Part shown: one piece after another, positions 47,010-57,020 of the stretch
Numbering within the stretch: position 1 is the stretch's first letter
Layout: each line of letters starts with the position of its first letter
Source: a virus
Taxonomy: Duplodnaviria; Caudoviricetes
DNA: 64,000 nt
Strand: one strand, 5' to 3'
Virus record (IMG/VR): IMGVR_UViG_3300025018_000147
Location: 7,403-71,402 of that record
The notes under the pieces: model-generated
The model's database searches: none
The model's input: the letters and a program-made list of their open reading frames with translations, nothing else
What the model was told of the DNA's origin: nothing
Position numbers and translations under genes: made by a program

Positions 47010-48186
47010 AAAGATACTCTCCACCGCCAAGATAGGTTTAATGGACCCATCTAATAAACCTCCCGAAGCCAATCCAGTATTCTATTCTTCTGTTCTTTTC
47101 TCTCTGCGTCACAAATGGGCTACAGCTCAAGAGGGGACAGCTACTGCTGGAATAGATGGAAAGACACTCTATCTCAATCCTGATTGGTTCAAATCTCTTA
47201 GACCCGATGCTCGGGTTGGTTTGCTGGCCCATGAAGTAGGACACATATTATACCGTCATATTGAATCATTTCCACTAGTCAATATGAAGGTTTATTCAGA
47301 GAAAGTTGAACATCAACTCTATAATAGAGCGGGAGATCATCGTATCAATCTGGATCTTCTCAAAGCGGGGTACACTCTGCCTGATGATGGATTGTGGGAT
47401 AATAGGTTCATAGACTGCTCTACTCTAGAAATATATCACATTCTGCATAAAGAGTATGATCCAGCTACCAGTAATCTCGACGAGCAGGACTGTGATATCA
47501 TCTTACAGAAAGCAAACACCTCTACTGCGGAAGGAGAGGAAGTTGTTAAAGATCTTACTGCACATATCAATGCTATAATTTGTAAAGCTAGATGCATAAC
47601 AGAGATGAGTGGCAAAAGTATTGGTTCTCTCCCTGGAGAAGTACGCGGTCTTATGGAAGAAATACTCAATCCTCGGTTAAACTTTGAAACTATTCTAGCT
47701 AATCATATGCAAGCATATGCTCAGACAGAGTACAGCTTTAAAAGACCGTCACGTAGGTTTCTACCAGAGATATTGCCAAGCTGCTATGGCATATCTCTTA
47801 GTAATATTGCTTGTGCTTTTGATGTTAGCATATCCGTTACCCAGGAAGAACTTAGTTCTTTTGGTGGCGGAATACGTATGATCAAAGATCAGCTTTTACC
47901 CGAGAAAATTACTCTTATTGAGTTTGACACTACTATAACGGCTATACAGGATATAACTCAAAACACTCGTGTAGAAGATATTGCATATACTGGTGGTGGA
48001 GGAACGGATCTCACTGAACTAATGCAATGGGTAGAAGAAAATCAACCTCCTGTGATACTCATTTTCACTGATGGGTATTTTCGTATTCCTGTTAAACCAA
48101 AAACAAATACTGATATTATTTGGATCATTCATGATAATCTGCAATTTGATACTCCTTATGGGAGAGTGATCCACTATAAACTTTAA
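46999..48186 (+). CDS. Metallopeptidase-vWA protein (N4 gp25-like), partner of the ATPase
   Basis: TAGIDG...YLNP; LLAHEVGH (HExxH); N.AGDHRIN; MIDAS DVSIS; GGGGTD; IFTDG. Confidence 0.85.
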   Translation: MEYEKILSTAKIGLMDPSNKPPEANPVFYSSVLFSLRHKWATAQEGTATAGIDGKTLYLNPDWFKSLRPDARVGLLAHEVGHILYRHIESFPLVNMKVYSEKVEHQLYNRAGDHRINLDLLKAGYTLPDDGLWDNRFIDCSTLEIYHILHKEYDPATSNLDEQDCDIILQKANTSTAEGEEVVKDLTAHINAIICKARCITEMSGKSIGSLPGEVRGLMEEILNPRLNFETILANHMQAYAQTEYSFKRPSRRFLPEILPSCYGISLSNIACAFDVSISVTQEELSSFGGGIRMIKDQLLPEKITLIEFDTTITAIQDITQNTRVEDIAYTGGGGTDLTELMQWVEENQPPVILIFTDGYFRIPVKPKTNTDIIWIIHDNLQFDTPYGRVIHYKL

Positions 48187-48205
48187 ACCAATAAGGATAA
48201 ACCAT

Positions 48206-49531
48206 ATGACAACCTTCAAACTAACGGAGGATCAAGAAAAAGCGAATGTAGCATTTACTGATTTCTTACTTGATAAAGAACAGAACTTTCTAGTTATATC
48301 TGGAAGTGCTGGAACTGGTAAGAGTACTCTTGTACGTCATTTACTTGATACTCTTCACGCGAGAATGCAACTCTTTTCTCTACTTCTAGCAGATGATGAG
48401 AATCATCAATTAGACATTTGTGTTGCAGCAACTACAAATAAAGCTGCTTCAGTACTGGCTGATTTCCTTGGTTATGACGTAAGTACTGTGCACAATAAAC
48501 TAGGACTGGTTCCCAGACCAAACTATACTACTGGAGAAACAGACTTCATTAAAGGGAGAAACCATCAAATAATTCACAATACTTTGTTCATTATTGATGA
48601 AGCAAGTTTTATCAGTAACTCTCTTTTCGAAGATATTAAATCCTCGACGGTAAACTGCAAGATCGTCTTGATTGGTGATCAGTATCAATTGGCACCTGTA
48701 AAGCAAAAGATACCTATCATGAACAATCCTGCCTTTACTCGTGTTTCACTCAATCAGATCATGCGTCATGGCGGGGCCATAGCTGAAGCAGGAGCCAGAT
48801 TCAAGGAGACAGTGGAAACGGGTATATTCACTCCCATCGTACCAAATGGTGAAGATATTCTCCATGTAGATGGACCTACTTTCCAGCAGATGATTGATGA
48901 GGAATTCACCCATCCGGAATATACCCCAGAAAAAGCGAGAATCCTCGCCTGGACCAATTCCAGAGTGAACCAATACAATGCACATATTAGAGAGATAAAC
49001 GGCTTAGATGAGCATCCTACAGCAGGGGAAACACTGATTACCAACAAACCAATAATCAGCAATAAAGGACAGACTTTATATTGCACCGATTCATTGGTAA
49101 AAATAGAATACACAGGGTATTCCTGCGCACAACAGGGTGTTATGGGAAGATACATAGCCATAAAAGGAATAAATGAAGCCTTTCTGCCGGATAATCAAAT
49201 AGACACTATGCATCTTTTGAAGAGTTTAGCTAAAGAAAAAAAATGGCCGAACTATTTTGCTATTAAACAGGAGTGGTTAGATCTCCGGCCAATCTTTGCC
49301 AGTACGGTTCATAAAAGTCAAGGAAGCACATATGATACGGTATACATTGATCTTACTGATATCGGTAAATGTAATATCGCTAGTGACGTAGCACGTTTAC
49401 TCTATGTTGCAATAACACGTGCTTCTAAAAAGGTGGTCCTATATGGACAGTTGCCATTACGCTATAGGGGAGAACAGAATGAACGATTCACGATCACTGA
49501 AGCAGAGGCAACTGCACCTGCTTCAACTTAA
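48206..49531 (+). CDS. Dda/RecD-like SF1 DNA helicase (N4 gp37-like)
   Basis: GSAGTGKS; IIDEAS; IGDQYQLAPV; STVHKSQGSTY; LYVAITRA. Confidence 0.92.
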   Translation: MTTFKLTEDQEKANVAFTDFLLDKEQNFLVISGSAGTGKSTLVRHLLDTLHARMQLFSLLLADDENHQLDICVAATTNKAASVLADFLGYDVSTVHNKLGLVPRPNYTTGETDFIKGRNHQIIHNTLFIIDEASFISNSLFEDIKSSTVNCKIVLIGDQYQLAPVKQKIPIMNNPAFTRVSLNQIMRHGGAIAEAGARFKETVETGIFTPIVPNGEDILHVDGPTFQQMIDEEFTHPEYTPEKARILAWTNSRVNQYNAHIREINGLDEHPTAGETLITNKPIISNKGQTLYCTDSLVKIEYTGYSCAQQGVMGRYIAIKGINEAFLPDNQIDTMHLLKSLAKEKKWPNYFAIKQEWLDLRPIFASTVHKSQGSTYDTVYIDLTDIGKCNIASDVARLLYVAITRASKKVVLYGQLPLRYRGEQNERFTITEAEATAPAST

Positions 49532-50009
49532 GAATAACTTAGAACTTACGATATATGAAAAATCACGCGTAGACTACTACGATAGCATTAGCAAACTCGC
49601 TGCAAAAAATGCACAGATGCTTAATAAACCCGAAGCAACTTTTATGTATAATGGTGTGATGTATCACGCGTGGTATGCAAATATATACACAGGATGTAAT
49701 AAAGTATTACATCCTGATTTAATAAAAGAAGCAAAAGAGCTGATTGATAGCCCTAATTTTGACAGAGTAAGAGCAGAAAGAAATGTTCTTAATTATGTAG
49801 AAAATGCCTTGATATTTGCTGAACACACAGAAGATATATACAAGCTCATACCGAGTCGATTACGCTCAGGATTAAATACACTGAACCGAAGTGTATTTAA
49901 TATTAGTCAACCAAAAACAGAAGAAGAACTCAATACTTTCAAAGAGAAGAATAAGAATGGTATACTTGCCTTTCAGAAACTCTTCTTAGAGAGAATTCTA
50001 TTGAATTAA
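49479..50009 (+). CDS. N4 gp38-like protein
   Basis: Synteny between helicase and DNA polymerase; RBS ggggaga. Confidence 0.6.
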   Translation: MNDSRSLKQRQLHLLQLKNNLELTIYEKSRVDYYDSISKLAAKNAQMLNKPEATFMYNGVMYHAWYANIYTGCNKVLHPDLIKEAKELIDSPNFDRVRAERNVLNYVENALIFAEHTEDIYKLIPSRLRSGLNTLNRSVFNISQPKTEEELNTFKEKNKNGILAFQKLFLERILLN

Positions 50010-50020
50010 GGAAATATTTC

Positions 50021-52057
50021 ATGAGGCATATTCTATTTGGTTCAAATGCTGAAAGTTTAAGCATTGCTCTCTTGGTGAAAGAATCCTGCTTCCGTAAACA
50101 AGCAATTGAAGAGAATTATATTCGACAGCTTACGGAAGCAGGCGTTAAACCAAAAGAAATAATCGCTTTCACTCTTGCATACAAAACTCCAAAGAGTGCT
50201 CCGGCAGCACTGAGAAAAAAGTATCTTGCTGAGTTACTCCCGGAGATAGATCAACTCGGGATAAAAATACTCTATTGCACTGACGGAGAATACTTCAAGA
50301 CCCTCACCAAGAATGCTAAGGCAGAACCTCATTACGGATATGTTTGTCCTTGTGCTATCGAGGGCTACGAGCATCTTGGCGTAATCATCGGTGTGAACTA
50401 TCAAGCACTGTCTTATAACCCGACTCTGCAGGGGAAACTGGAACTCTCTCTGCAGGCACTGATTAAATTTAACAAGGATACCTACTCTGAACCAGGAACA
50501 GAAATCATCCACTCGGAGTACTATCCGGATAACTTACACGACATCGAGGAAGCTCTACAGGCGCTACACCAATATGACCAACTCACTTGTGACATAGAGG
50601 CATTCAGCCTCAAGTTCTATGATGCGGGTATAGGTACCATAGCATTTGCTTGGGACGAACATAACGGTATTGCCTTTGCTGTAGATTATACAGATGGAAA
50701 GCAGGTATTCAATGCTCCAGTACGAGAGCTGCTTAAGCAATTCCTCACGGAGTATCGGGGAACGCTTACATACCACAACATATTTTATGACGCTAAGGTT
50801 CTCATCTACAATCTGTGGATGAATGACCTCGGTGATAATGTCAGTATGCTAGACGGTATTGAGCTGCTACACAGCAAGTTTGATGACACCAAGCTGATAG
50901 CCTACCTTGCTACCAATAACACCGTGAAGAATGAACTGGGGCTTAAAATCTTGGCTCAACCGTTTGCCGGGAATTACGCTGAGGATGACATCAAGGATAT
51001 CCGGTTGATTCCCTTGGTTCAATTGCTGCGCTACAATTTAATCGACACACTTTCAACATGGTACGTTTACAAGAAGTATAAACCAATAATGATTGAGGAG
51101 GATCAATTACACGTTTATCTTGATACCTTCAAGCCTTCAGTCAAATTGATCCTGCAGACTGAGCTTACTGGTATGCCTATTTCTCCAGAGAAGGTACAAG
51201 AAGCTAAGATCATTCTGACGGATATTGTCAAGGAGCACAGTGATGCTCTGCAGAACTCACATATCATCAAGGATTTTCACTATATCCAATTAGAAGATCT
51301 GGCAGCGGAGATGACTCATAAAGCAGTGAAGAAGGTCTATACTGCTGACGATCAGATCATTGCTAGGAATATATTTAATCCTGGTTCAGATAAACAGCTT
51401 CAAGAACTCATTTACAATTACCTTGGCTATGAGGTCATTGATACTACCGATTCAGGCTTGCCAGCAACTGGTGCAAAGACTTTAGAGAAACTCATCAATC
51501 ATGCAAAATCGGATTCTCACAAAGAAATCTTTGAACACCTTATCGGACTTAGCAAGGCAAATAAAATACTCACCAGCTTCATTCCAGCCTTCGAGAAGGC
51601 ACAGCAGCTACCGGATGGAAGTTACCGAGTATACGGTAATTTTAATCTTTCTGGAACGCAGAGTGGAAGACTTTCTAGTTCGGATAGCAATATGCAAAAC
51701 TTACCCAGCGGATCAAAATTCGGAAAGCTCATAAAATCATGCTTTGTATCTGACCATGGGTGGTTATTCACTGGAGCAGACTTTGCTAGCCTGGAGGACC
51801 GTATTAATGCATTACTCACATCTGATCCAAATAAACTCCGTGTATACACAGACGGATATGACGCACATAGTTTAAGAGCTTACTATTATTTTGGTGATCA
51901 AATGCCAGATATAAAAGAAGCCCTACCTACAGAAAGAGTATTTAAAATAATAGTAGACAACCGTGTTGTATATGGCAAAAGTGGAGATTTTATTATAGAC
52001 TTACATAATAATAAAATTCCAATAGAGGACTACTATGAAACTAGTAAAAGGATTTGA
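50021..52057 (+). CDS. Family A DNA polymerase, fragment 1 (3'-5' exonuclease through motif A)
   Basis: TCDIEAFS; HNIFYD; RYNLID exonuclease motifs; GTQSGRLSSSDSNMQNLP; GADFASLEDRI; DAHSLRA. Confidence 0.92.
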   Translation: MRHILFGSNAESLSIALLVKESCFRKQAIEENYIRQLTEAGVKPKEIIAFTLAYKTPKSAPAALRKKYLAELLPEIDQLGIKILYCTDGEYFKTLTKNAKAEPHYGYVCPCAIEGYEHLGVIIGVNYQALSYNPTLQGKLELSLQALIKFNKDTYSEPGTEIIHSEYYPDNLHDIEEALQALHQYDQLTCDIEAFSLKFYDAGIGTIAFAWDEHNGIAFAVDYTDGKQVFNAPVRELLKQFLTEYRGTLTYHNIFYDAKVLIYNLWMNDLGDNVSMLDGIELLHSKFDDTKLIAYLATNNTVKNELGLKILAQPFAGNYAEDDIKDIRLIPLVQLLRYNLIDTLSTWYVYKKYKPIMIEEDQLHVYLDTFKPSVKLILQTELTGMPISPEKVQEAKIILTDIVKEHSDALQNSHIIKDFHYIQLEDLAAEMTHKAVKKVYTADDQIIARNIFNPGSDKQLQELIYNYLGYEVIDTTDSGLPATGAKTLEKLINHAKSDSHKEIFEHLIGLSKANKILTSFIPAFEKAQQLPDGSYRVYGNFNLSGTQSGRLSSSDSNMQNLPSGSKFGKLIKSCFVSDHGWLFTGADFASLEDRINALLTSDPNKLRVYTDGYDAHSLRAYYYFGDQMPDIKEALPTERVFKIIVDNRVVYGKSGDFIIDLHNNKIPIEDYYETSKRI

Positions 52058-52742
52058 AAACAACTATGAAATTGATCAAGACGGCAACGTGTTTAACCTT
52101 AAAACAGGTAGGCAAAAAATGCCTACTTTACTACCTGTAGGCTACTATTCTTTAAATTTGTATATCAATAATGTGGGTCATTGGCGATACATACATAGAA
52201 TGGTAGCTGAAGCCTATCTGGAGAATCCAGATAATAAACCGGAAGTAAATCATATCGACGGAGTAAAAACAAATAATACTGTCAGTAATCTAGAATGGGT
52301 AACAAGACAAGAGAACTCTCTACATGCCTATAAACTAGGTTTGAGCTACCAAGAAAAAAATTTGAACCAAGCACAGTTAATGAGAATACTAATTGATTTC
52401 CTTGGAGGAAAAACACTTACAGAACTGGCTGTAGAATACAAAACAGGTATATCCCGGCTGTCTATCAATATACGCAATTTTGCTAAAATAACTAATTTAG
52501 AAGATGCGTATGAACAAATGATTTACAATCAAAAAGTAAATAGAAATATTGTAACTGCTACAGCAAAACGCAGAATGGTTGATCAATTTAATAGTGATGG
52601 GGTATTCCTAGCAACCCATGCGTCTTTAACTGCTGCAGCACGAGCATTAGGTAAAGATAGTTCGGGTACTATATCAAATGCACTAAATCCAAGTAAAGAC
52701 CAATCAATGGCCTATGGCTATATATGGAGGTATTCTAATTGA
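52035..52742 (+). CDS. HNH homing endonuclease with C-terminal NUMOD1-like domain, splitting the DNA polymerase
   Basis: YIHRMVAEAY; VNHIDGVKTNN.VSNLEWVT..EN..H; C-terminal VDQF..DG.FL..H.S...AAR.LG. Confidence 0.88.
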   Translation: MKLVKGFENNYEIDQDGNVFNLKTGRQKMPTLLPVGYYSLNLYINNVGHWRYIHRMVAEAYLENPDNKPEVNHIDGVKTNNTVSNLEWVTRQENSLHAYKLGLSYQEKNLNQAQLMRILIDFLGGKTLTELAVEYKTGISRLSINIRNFAKITNLEDAYEQMIYNQKVNRNIVTATAKRRMVDQFNSDGVFLATHASLTAAARALGKDSSGTISNALNPSKDQSMAYGYIWRYSN

Positions 52743-52870
52743 GTGAATTCAATTTGAAAGACATTGTTTCAATAGAAGAAGTAACTACCAAAGAATACAA
52801 TATTAATGTAATAAATTCTATTGCAGGGAGGTATGGGGCTTTGAGACAAAAATCAAAAGCCCCAACTTAA
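52739..52870 (+). CDS. DNA polymerase fragment 2 (43 aa, TTG start), ending at a TAA inside motif B
   Basis: RBS ggaggt; MSEFNLKDIVSIEEVTTKEYNINVINSIAGRYGALRQKSKAPT*. Confidence 0.75.
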   Translation: MSEFNLKDIVSIEEVTTKEYNINVINSIAGRYGALRQKSKAPT

Positions 52871-52872
52871 TT

Positions 52873-53502
52873 TTTGCTCTCACTTACGCAGGTACATGGC
52901 GAACCATCATGCAATCCGCAGGATTAAGTGAAGAGGTTTCAAAACGAGTAGAGAGTAACTACCACAAACTTTACCATGTTTCAGACACCTGGATTGATGG
53001 AATACTCAATCAAGCACACACAGACGGCTATATACTTGGTGCTTTTGGCATTAAGATCAGAACACCCATCCTGGCCAAGACTCCTCTTGGTTCAAACAGA
53101 CTCCCCTATCCAGCCACTGCTGAACGTAGATCCGCAGGCAATGCCAAGACACAGAGCTACGGCTTATTGAACAACAGAGCTGCTGTGGAGTTTATGAGTA
53201 GGGTACATGCTTCTCCCTATCGATATGACATTCTCCCCTCAGCACTGATTCATGACGCAATCTACTGCTTAGCCAAGGATCGTCCGGATGTAGTAAAATG
53301 GGTCAATGATAATCTCATCGACTGTATGCGTTGGCAGGAACTGCCTGAGCTACAACATGATGTAGTTAAACTCTCAGCCCAACTGGACGTGTTCTTTCCC
53401 GATTGGGGACACGCCATGACTCTAAAGAATGGTATATCCAAAGCAGAAATACGTGCTGCGGCAAAGGCACATATAGATAAATTAAAGGAACCAAAACAAT
53501 GA
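52873..53502 (+). CDS. DNA polymerase fragment 3 (rest of motif B and motif C), out of frame with fragment 2
   Basis: FALTYAGTW in frame with track ORF 52909; A..RSAGNA..QSYGLLN; LIHDAIY (motif C). Confidence 0.85.
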   Translation, partial: FALTYAGTWRTIMQSAGLSEEVSKRVESNYHKLYHVSDTWIDGILNQAHTDGYILGAFGIKIRTPILAKTPLGSNRLPYPATAERRSAGNAKTQSYGLLNNRAAVEFMSRVHASPYRYDILPSALIHDAIYCLAKDRPDVVKWVNDNLIDCMRWQELPELQHDVVKLSAQLDVFFPDWGHAMTLKNGISKAEIRAAAKAHIDKLKEPKQ

Positions 53503-53729
53503 AATACAATGATGAAAAAGAGCTTGCACTACAGGGCATAACCATTTCCAGTGACGGGTTACTCCGTGACTGGTTAACCAGGGGATTGTTAAAACCTTCC
53601 CTGCTGGCAATAAATGAAGCCATTCACAAGAGACAAAGGGAAATAACTTTCCTGTGTAAACTGCATCAGGAATTGTTTGAAACTATAGGCGAATCTGAAA
53701 AGGAATCAGTAGATGCAGATACCAACTAA
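53499..53729 (+). CDS. Hypothetical protein
   Basis: ATGA overlap; RBS aagga. Confidence 0.5.
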   Translation: MKYNDEKELALQGITISSDGLLRDWLTRGLLKPSLLAINEAIHKRQREITFLCKLHQELFETIGESEKESVDADTN

Positions 53730-54072
53730 AATGATAGGGGCTATCACTTCAAAAATTATCAACGGTAAACGTGTAAAATTATATCCAACCGATGCGGGTG
53801 TACTTACAGGTGAACAGATATTTGCTGTAACACATTTACGGGAGTGGAGAATTCTCGAACGCTATTATAAGTATGGAAGATATTCTCTTGAAATATTTGC
53901 ACCAATAGAACCATCAAAAGTAATACGAAAACATTCACAAGACTACGGATCGAGTATTGATCTAAGCCATATTGAACAAGGAAAGTATGCTCATCTTGGT
54001 ACAAAAGAACGGGCTAATAATAATTTACTCAATATGGCTATTGGTACTTGGGAAAGAGATAATCTAAACTAA
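53713..54072 (+). CDS. Hypothetical protein
   Basis: Overlapping operon arrangement. Confidence 0.5.
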   Translation: MQIPTKMIGAITSKIINGKRVKLYPTDAGVLTGEQIFAVTHLREWRILERYYKYGRYSLEIFAPIEPSKVIRKHSQDYGSSIDLSHIEQGKYAHLGTKERANNNLLNMAIGTWERDNLN

Positions 54073-54090
54073 ACCAATAAAGGAATAACC

Positions 54091-54708
54091 ATGAAAATAG
54101 TTGAACCGTCTGTAACACTTATGTGGGTAACACCAGAAGCAGAAAAGCAAATCGAGTTAGCGGGCAGAACTTGTTATAAATCAGAGGATAAGATCACTCT
54201 TGAATCATCTGCTGAGTTCTGCAAGCGGATGGTTAAATCAGGGCATCATGCCATGATTGAACATGCCTGTGCATCGTTTAAGATCATTACAGATAGAGGT
54301 GTAAGTCATGAGATCGTGAGACATCGTTTAGCCAGCTATGCTCAGGAGAGTACTAGATACTGCAATTATGGTGGGGAAAAGTTTGGTAATGAGTGCTCAT
54401 TTATTCTACCTCCTGGTATGAATAAAAAACAGTATGAACTGTGGTGTGGTGCTTGTCGTTATGCTGAAGCAGCATATATGAACGCACTTGATACAGGATG
54501 TCCTCCTCAGATTGCTCGATCAGTGTTACCGATATGTCTGAAGACTGAACTTGTTATGACCTGTAATTTTCGTGAATGGAGGCACTTCATTATTCTTAGA
54601 GCTAGTAAAGCAGCTCATCCTCAAATCAGACCTATTGCTCTCGAGATATACTCAATGCTGTACCAGATTGCTCCGAACATATTCGGTGATCTCGGTGCAG
54701 ACGCATGA
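54091..54708 (+). CDS. thyX: FAD-dependent thymidylate synthase
   Basis: GHHAMIEH; RGVSHEIVRHRLASYAQESTRY; ARSVLP; NFREWRHF..LR...AHPQIR. Confidence 0.93.
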   Translation: MKIVEPSVTLMWVTPEAEKQIELAGRTCYKSEDKITLESSAEFCKRMVKSGHHAMIEHACASFKIITDRGVSHEIVRHRLASYAQESTRYCNYGGEKFGNECSFILPPGMNKKQYELWCGACRYAEAAYMNALDTGCPPQIARSVLPICLKTELVMTCNFREWRHFIILRASKAAHPQIRPIALEIYSMLYQIAPNIFGDLGADA

Positions 54709-54887
54709 ATGAGTTTAGAACACGAATAGTAAAACTACAAGAAGCCTATCTTGAGTTTGCTGCGGACAGATATGCGGGTAAAGGTATCCGTCCAATAAGT
54801 GTAGAATCAAAGATCAAGGCAGATCTTTTGGATAATGTGTTAACTATATATGACAGTTGCTGTCCTATTAAACCAATAAAAAAATAG
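54705..54887 (+). CDS. Hypothetical protein
   Basis: ATGA overlap. Confidence 0.45.
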   Translation: MNEFRTRIVKLQEAYLEFAADRYAGKGIRPISVESKIKADLLDNVLTIYDSCCPIKPIKK

Positions 54888-55040
54888 AGGAATAATGGAA
54901 TTCACTACTCAGATAAAAAACTTCATTAATGAAGCATTACGTAAAGCATTCATCGATGGAGTGCGTGCAGGAAGAAGAGAGGTCAATGTACCCGATCATC
55001 GTTTGTTAAAGGAATGGCAGCATAAAGAGGAGAAGAAAGT

Positions 55041-55613
55041 ATGAATTTAATAAATGAATTAGTAAATGGATTAAAAAATAAAAATAATAATTTTCACTTT
55101 ACTGCTCTCCCTTGGAATGTGCGATCAGTTATAGCAGAACTGTGTACTCTCATTGATCGCAGAGATGTTGTACAACCTGAACCAATAGAAATTGATTATA
55201 TTAGCCCTTATCCTTTAAAACAGGCTAAACATGCAGATGCTGGTTATGATATTTCCAGCAATGAAACTAAACCTGTTTACGCACAAACTTCAGCAATATT
55301 CAGTACAGGCTTGTATATGGCTATTCCTGAAGGATATGTTGGTAAAGTAGTCTCTCGGTCAGGATTGTCTTTTACGCATAATATTGAAGTAGGTGCAGGG
55401 CTCATTGATTCAGGGTACAGAGGAGAAATCAGAATCCATCTGTACAATCATGGTACAAACAAATACACGGTCAACAAGGGTGACCGTATTGCACAGATTA
55501 TCTTACTTAAACATGAGACTCCAGAGTTTACTTTAGTCGATTCTCTCGATGAAACAGAGAGAGGTATCAACGGTTTTGGGCATACCGGGGTAGCTGTAGA
55601 AGAAGCGGTATGA
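55041..55613 (+). CDS. dut: Trimeric dUTPase with N-terminal extension
   Basis: AGYDI; SRSGL; GLIDSGYRGE; RIAQII; RGINGFGHTG. Confidence 0.93.
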   Translation: MNLINELVNGLKNKNNNFHFTALPWNVRSVIAELCTLIDRRDVVQPEPIEIDYISPYPLKQAKHADAGYDISSNETKPVYAQTSAIFSTGLYMAIPEGYVGKVVSRSGLSFTHNIEVGAGLIDSGYRGEIRIHLYNHGTNKYTVNKGDRIAQIILLKHETPEFTLVDSLDETERGINGFGHTGVAVEEAV

Positions 55614-56128
55614 TCAGGATACTCGCTCTCGATATGGCAACAAAGCTCGGGTGGGCAACGAATGTTGAGCTACCCGCATCATCTGGAGTTGCTACCTTTG
55701 ATGTTAAACGAGGAGCTTCACCAGGGATAAGATACTTCAAGTTCATTAAATGGCTGGAGGATAGAATTAAGGAAATTAAACCTGATATCATTATCTATGA
55801 ACAAGCAAGTCAAAGAGGTGGATCGGCTACGGAGATTCTTATTGGTTTTACTACACATTTGCAGAGTGTCTGCTACATGCGACATATCGATCATGAGGCT
55901 ATTCGTGCAGACACTATCAAAATCTTTGCTACGGGTAAAGGTAAAGCCGATAAGGATGAAATGATTAAAGCCTGTGTAAGCAAGATAGGAATTATACCTA
56001 TTGATGATAACCATGCAGATGCTCTATGGATATTGGAATTTGCTAAGGCAAATTATAGCTCTATTCCCTTGATTCCATATCAACAGTGCACTAAGGCACA
56101 GATAAAGAAGTGCAAAGAATTAATGTAA
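55610..56128 (+). CDS. RuvC-like Holliday junction resolvase
   Basis: ILALDMATKLGWA; IYEQ; K..ATGKGKADK.EM; DDNHADAL. Confidence 0.85.
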   Translation: MIRILALDMATKLGWATNVELPASSGVATFDVKRGASPGIRYFKFIKWLEDRIKEIKPDIIIYEQASQRGGSATEILIGFTTHLQSVCYMRHIDHEAIRADTIKIFATGKGKADKDEMIKACVSKIGIIPIDDNHADALWILEFAKANYSSIPLIPYQQCTKAQIKKCKELM

Positions 56129-56290
56129 TAATTAATGTAATTAATCCTAGTATATAGTATCCTTAATGTAGGTCGTTAGAAACCTGTTAAGAGATACTTT
56201 ATAAAAAGGCTGTAAGCATTCTGTCATGTCCCTCTCTTGGGAATTCTAACCATGACTAGTGTTTACAGCCTTTTTTATTAGGAATTTACT

Positions 56291-56830
56291 ATGGTTCAAC
56301 GTAAAAAAGTAGAAGATCACGTATTAATTAATGAGTATAAAAAGTTAAACAATGTCTGGAAAGTAGGAAAAGTAGTAGGGTTATGTGGGCAAAGCGTTCA
56401 TGAACGCTTGTGCAAGTTAAACGTAATTAATAAAATTAATGTGTTTAATACAGAAGATGATTTTGTATTAATACTAGATTATACCTTTTATCGAGATGAG
56501 GGTAAATTGTATATACTAGCAGAACGTTTAAGTAGAACAGTTCCTTTCATATGTAGACAAGCAAGACGCTTAGGTTTAACTAACCCAAAAAGAAAAGCTA
56601 AATGGCAAGAAATCCCAGGAACAAACCCATACTTTAAATATCATTATAGAGTTAGGGCTGATAGAGGTAGACCTAATGAGTGTTCTGTGTGTGGTATAAC
56701 AGATCCAACAATATGGTATGATTGGGCAAATTTAACAGGAAACTACGAAAACATATATGACTACAGTAGGATGTGCCGTATATGCCATAGGGCATATGAT
56801 AAAACTAGACCTGTGCAACATGCTTCTTAA
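56291..56830 (+). CDS. HNH-like endonuclease (divergent)
   Basis: HTH-like N-terminus; H..V....G.P..CSVCG...YDWAN......Y..MC..CH..YD. Confidence 0.65.
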   Translation: MVQRKKVEDHVLINEYKKLNNVWKVGKVVGLCGQSVHERLCKLNVINKINVFNTEDDFVLILDYTFYRDEGKLYILAERLSRTVPFICRQARRLGLTNPKRKAKWQEIPGTNPYFKYHYRVRADRGRPNECSVCGITDPTIWYDWANLTGNYENIYDYSRMCRICHRAYDKTRPVQHAS

Positions 56831-56971
56831 AGATTTATATGGACTGCATGACCAAGTTGGTATTCAGGGACGATACTCAGGTAGTAGGATTTGACGCCTG
56901 TGGAAAGAGGTGGGTGGATAAAAATAATACTGGAAGTGTAGTGATTAAACTACGAGAACTGCCTAATAATT

Positions 56972-57020
56972 AAACCAATAAGAAAAACACGTCAAGCTAG
57001 TGTGTTTTTCTTATTGGTTT
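56972..57020. terminator. Bidirectional terminator between convergent middle and tail units
   Basis: 19-bp inverted repeat aaaccaataagaaaaacac / gtgtttttcttattggttt. Confidence 0.8.

Noticed and set aside
52035-52742. Possible group I intron around the polymerase HNH gene
   Set aside because: The HNH overlaps both flanking pol fragments, and no P/Q/R/S core or terminal G was found.
52865-52884. Translational bypass from ACT (52865) to ACT (52882), as in T4 gene 60
   Set aside because: It would delete FAL from motif B and destroy the K-to-Y spacing.
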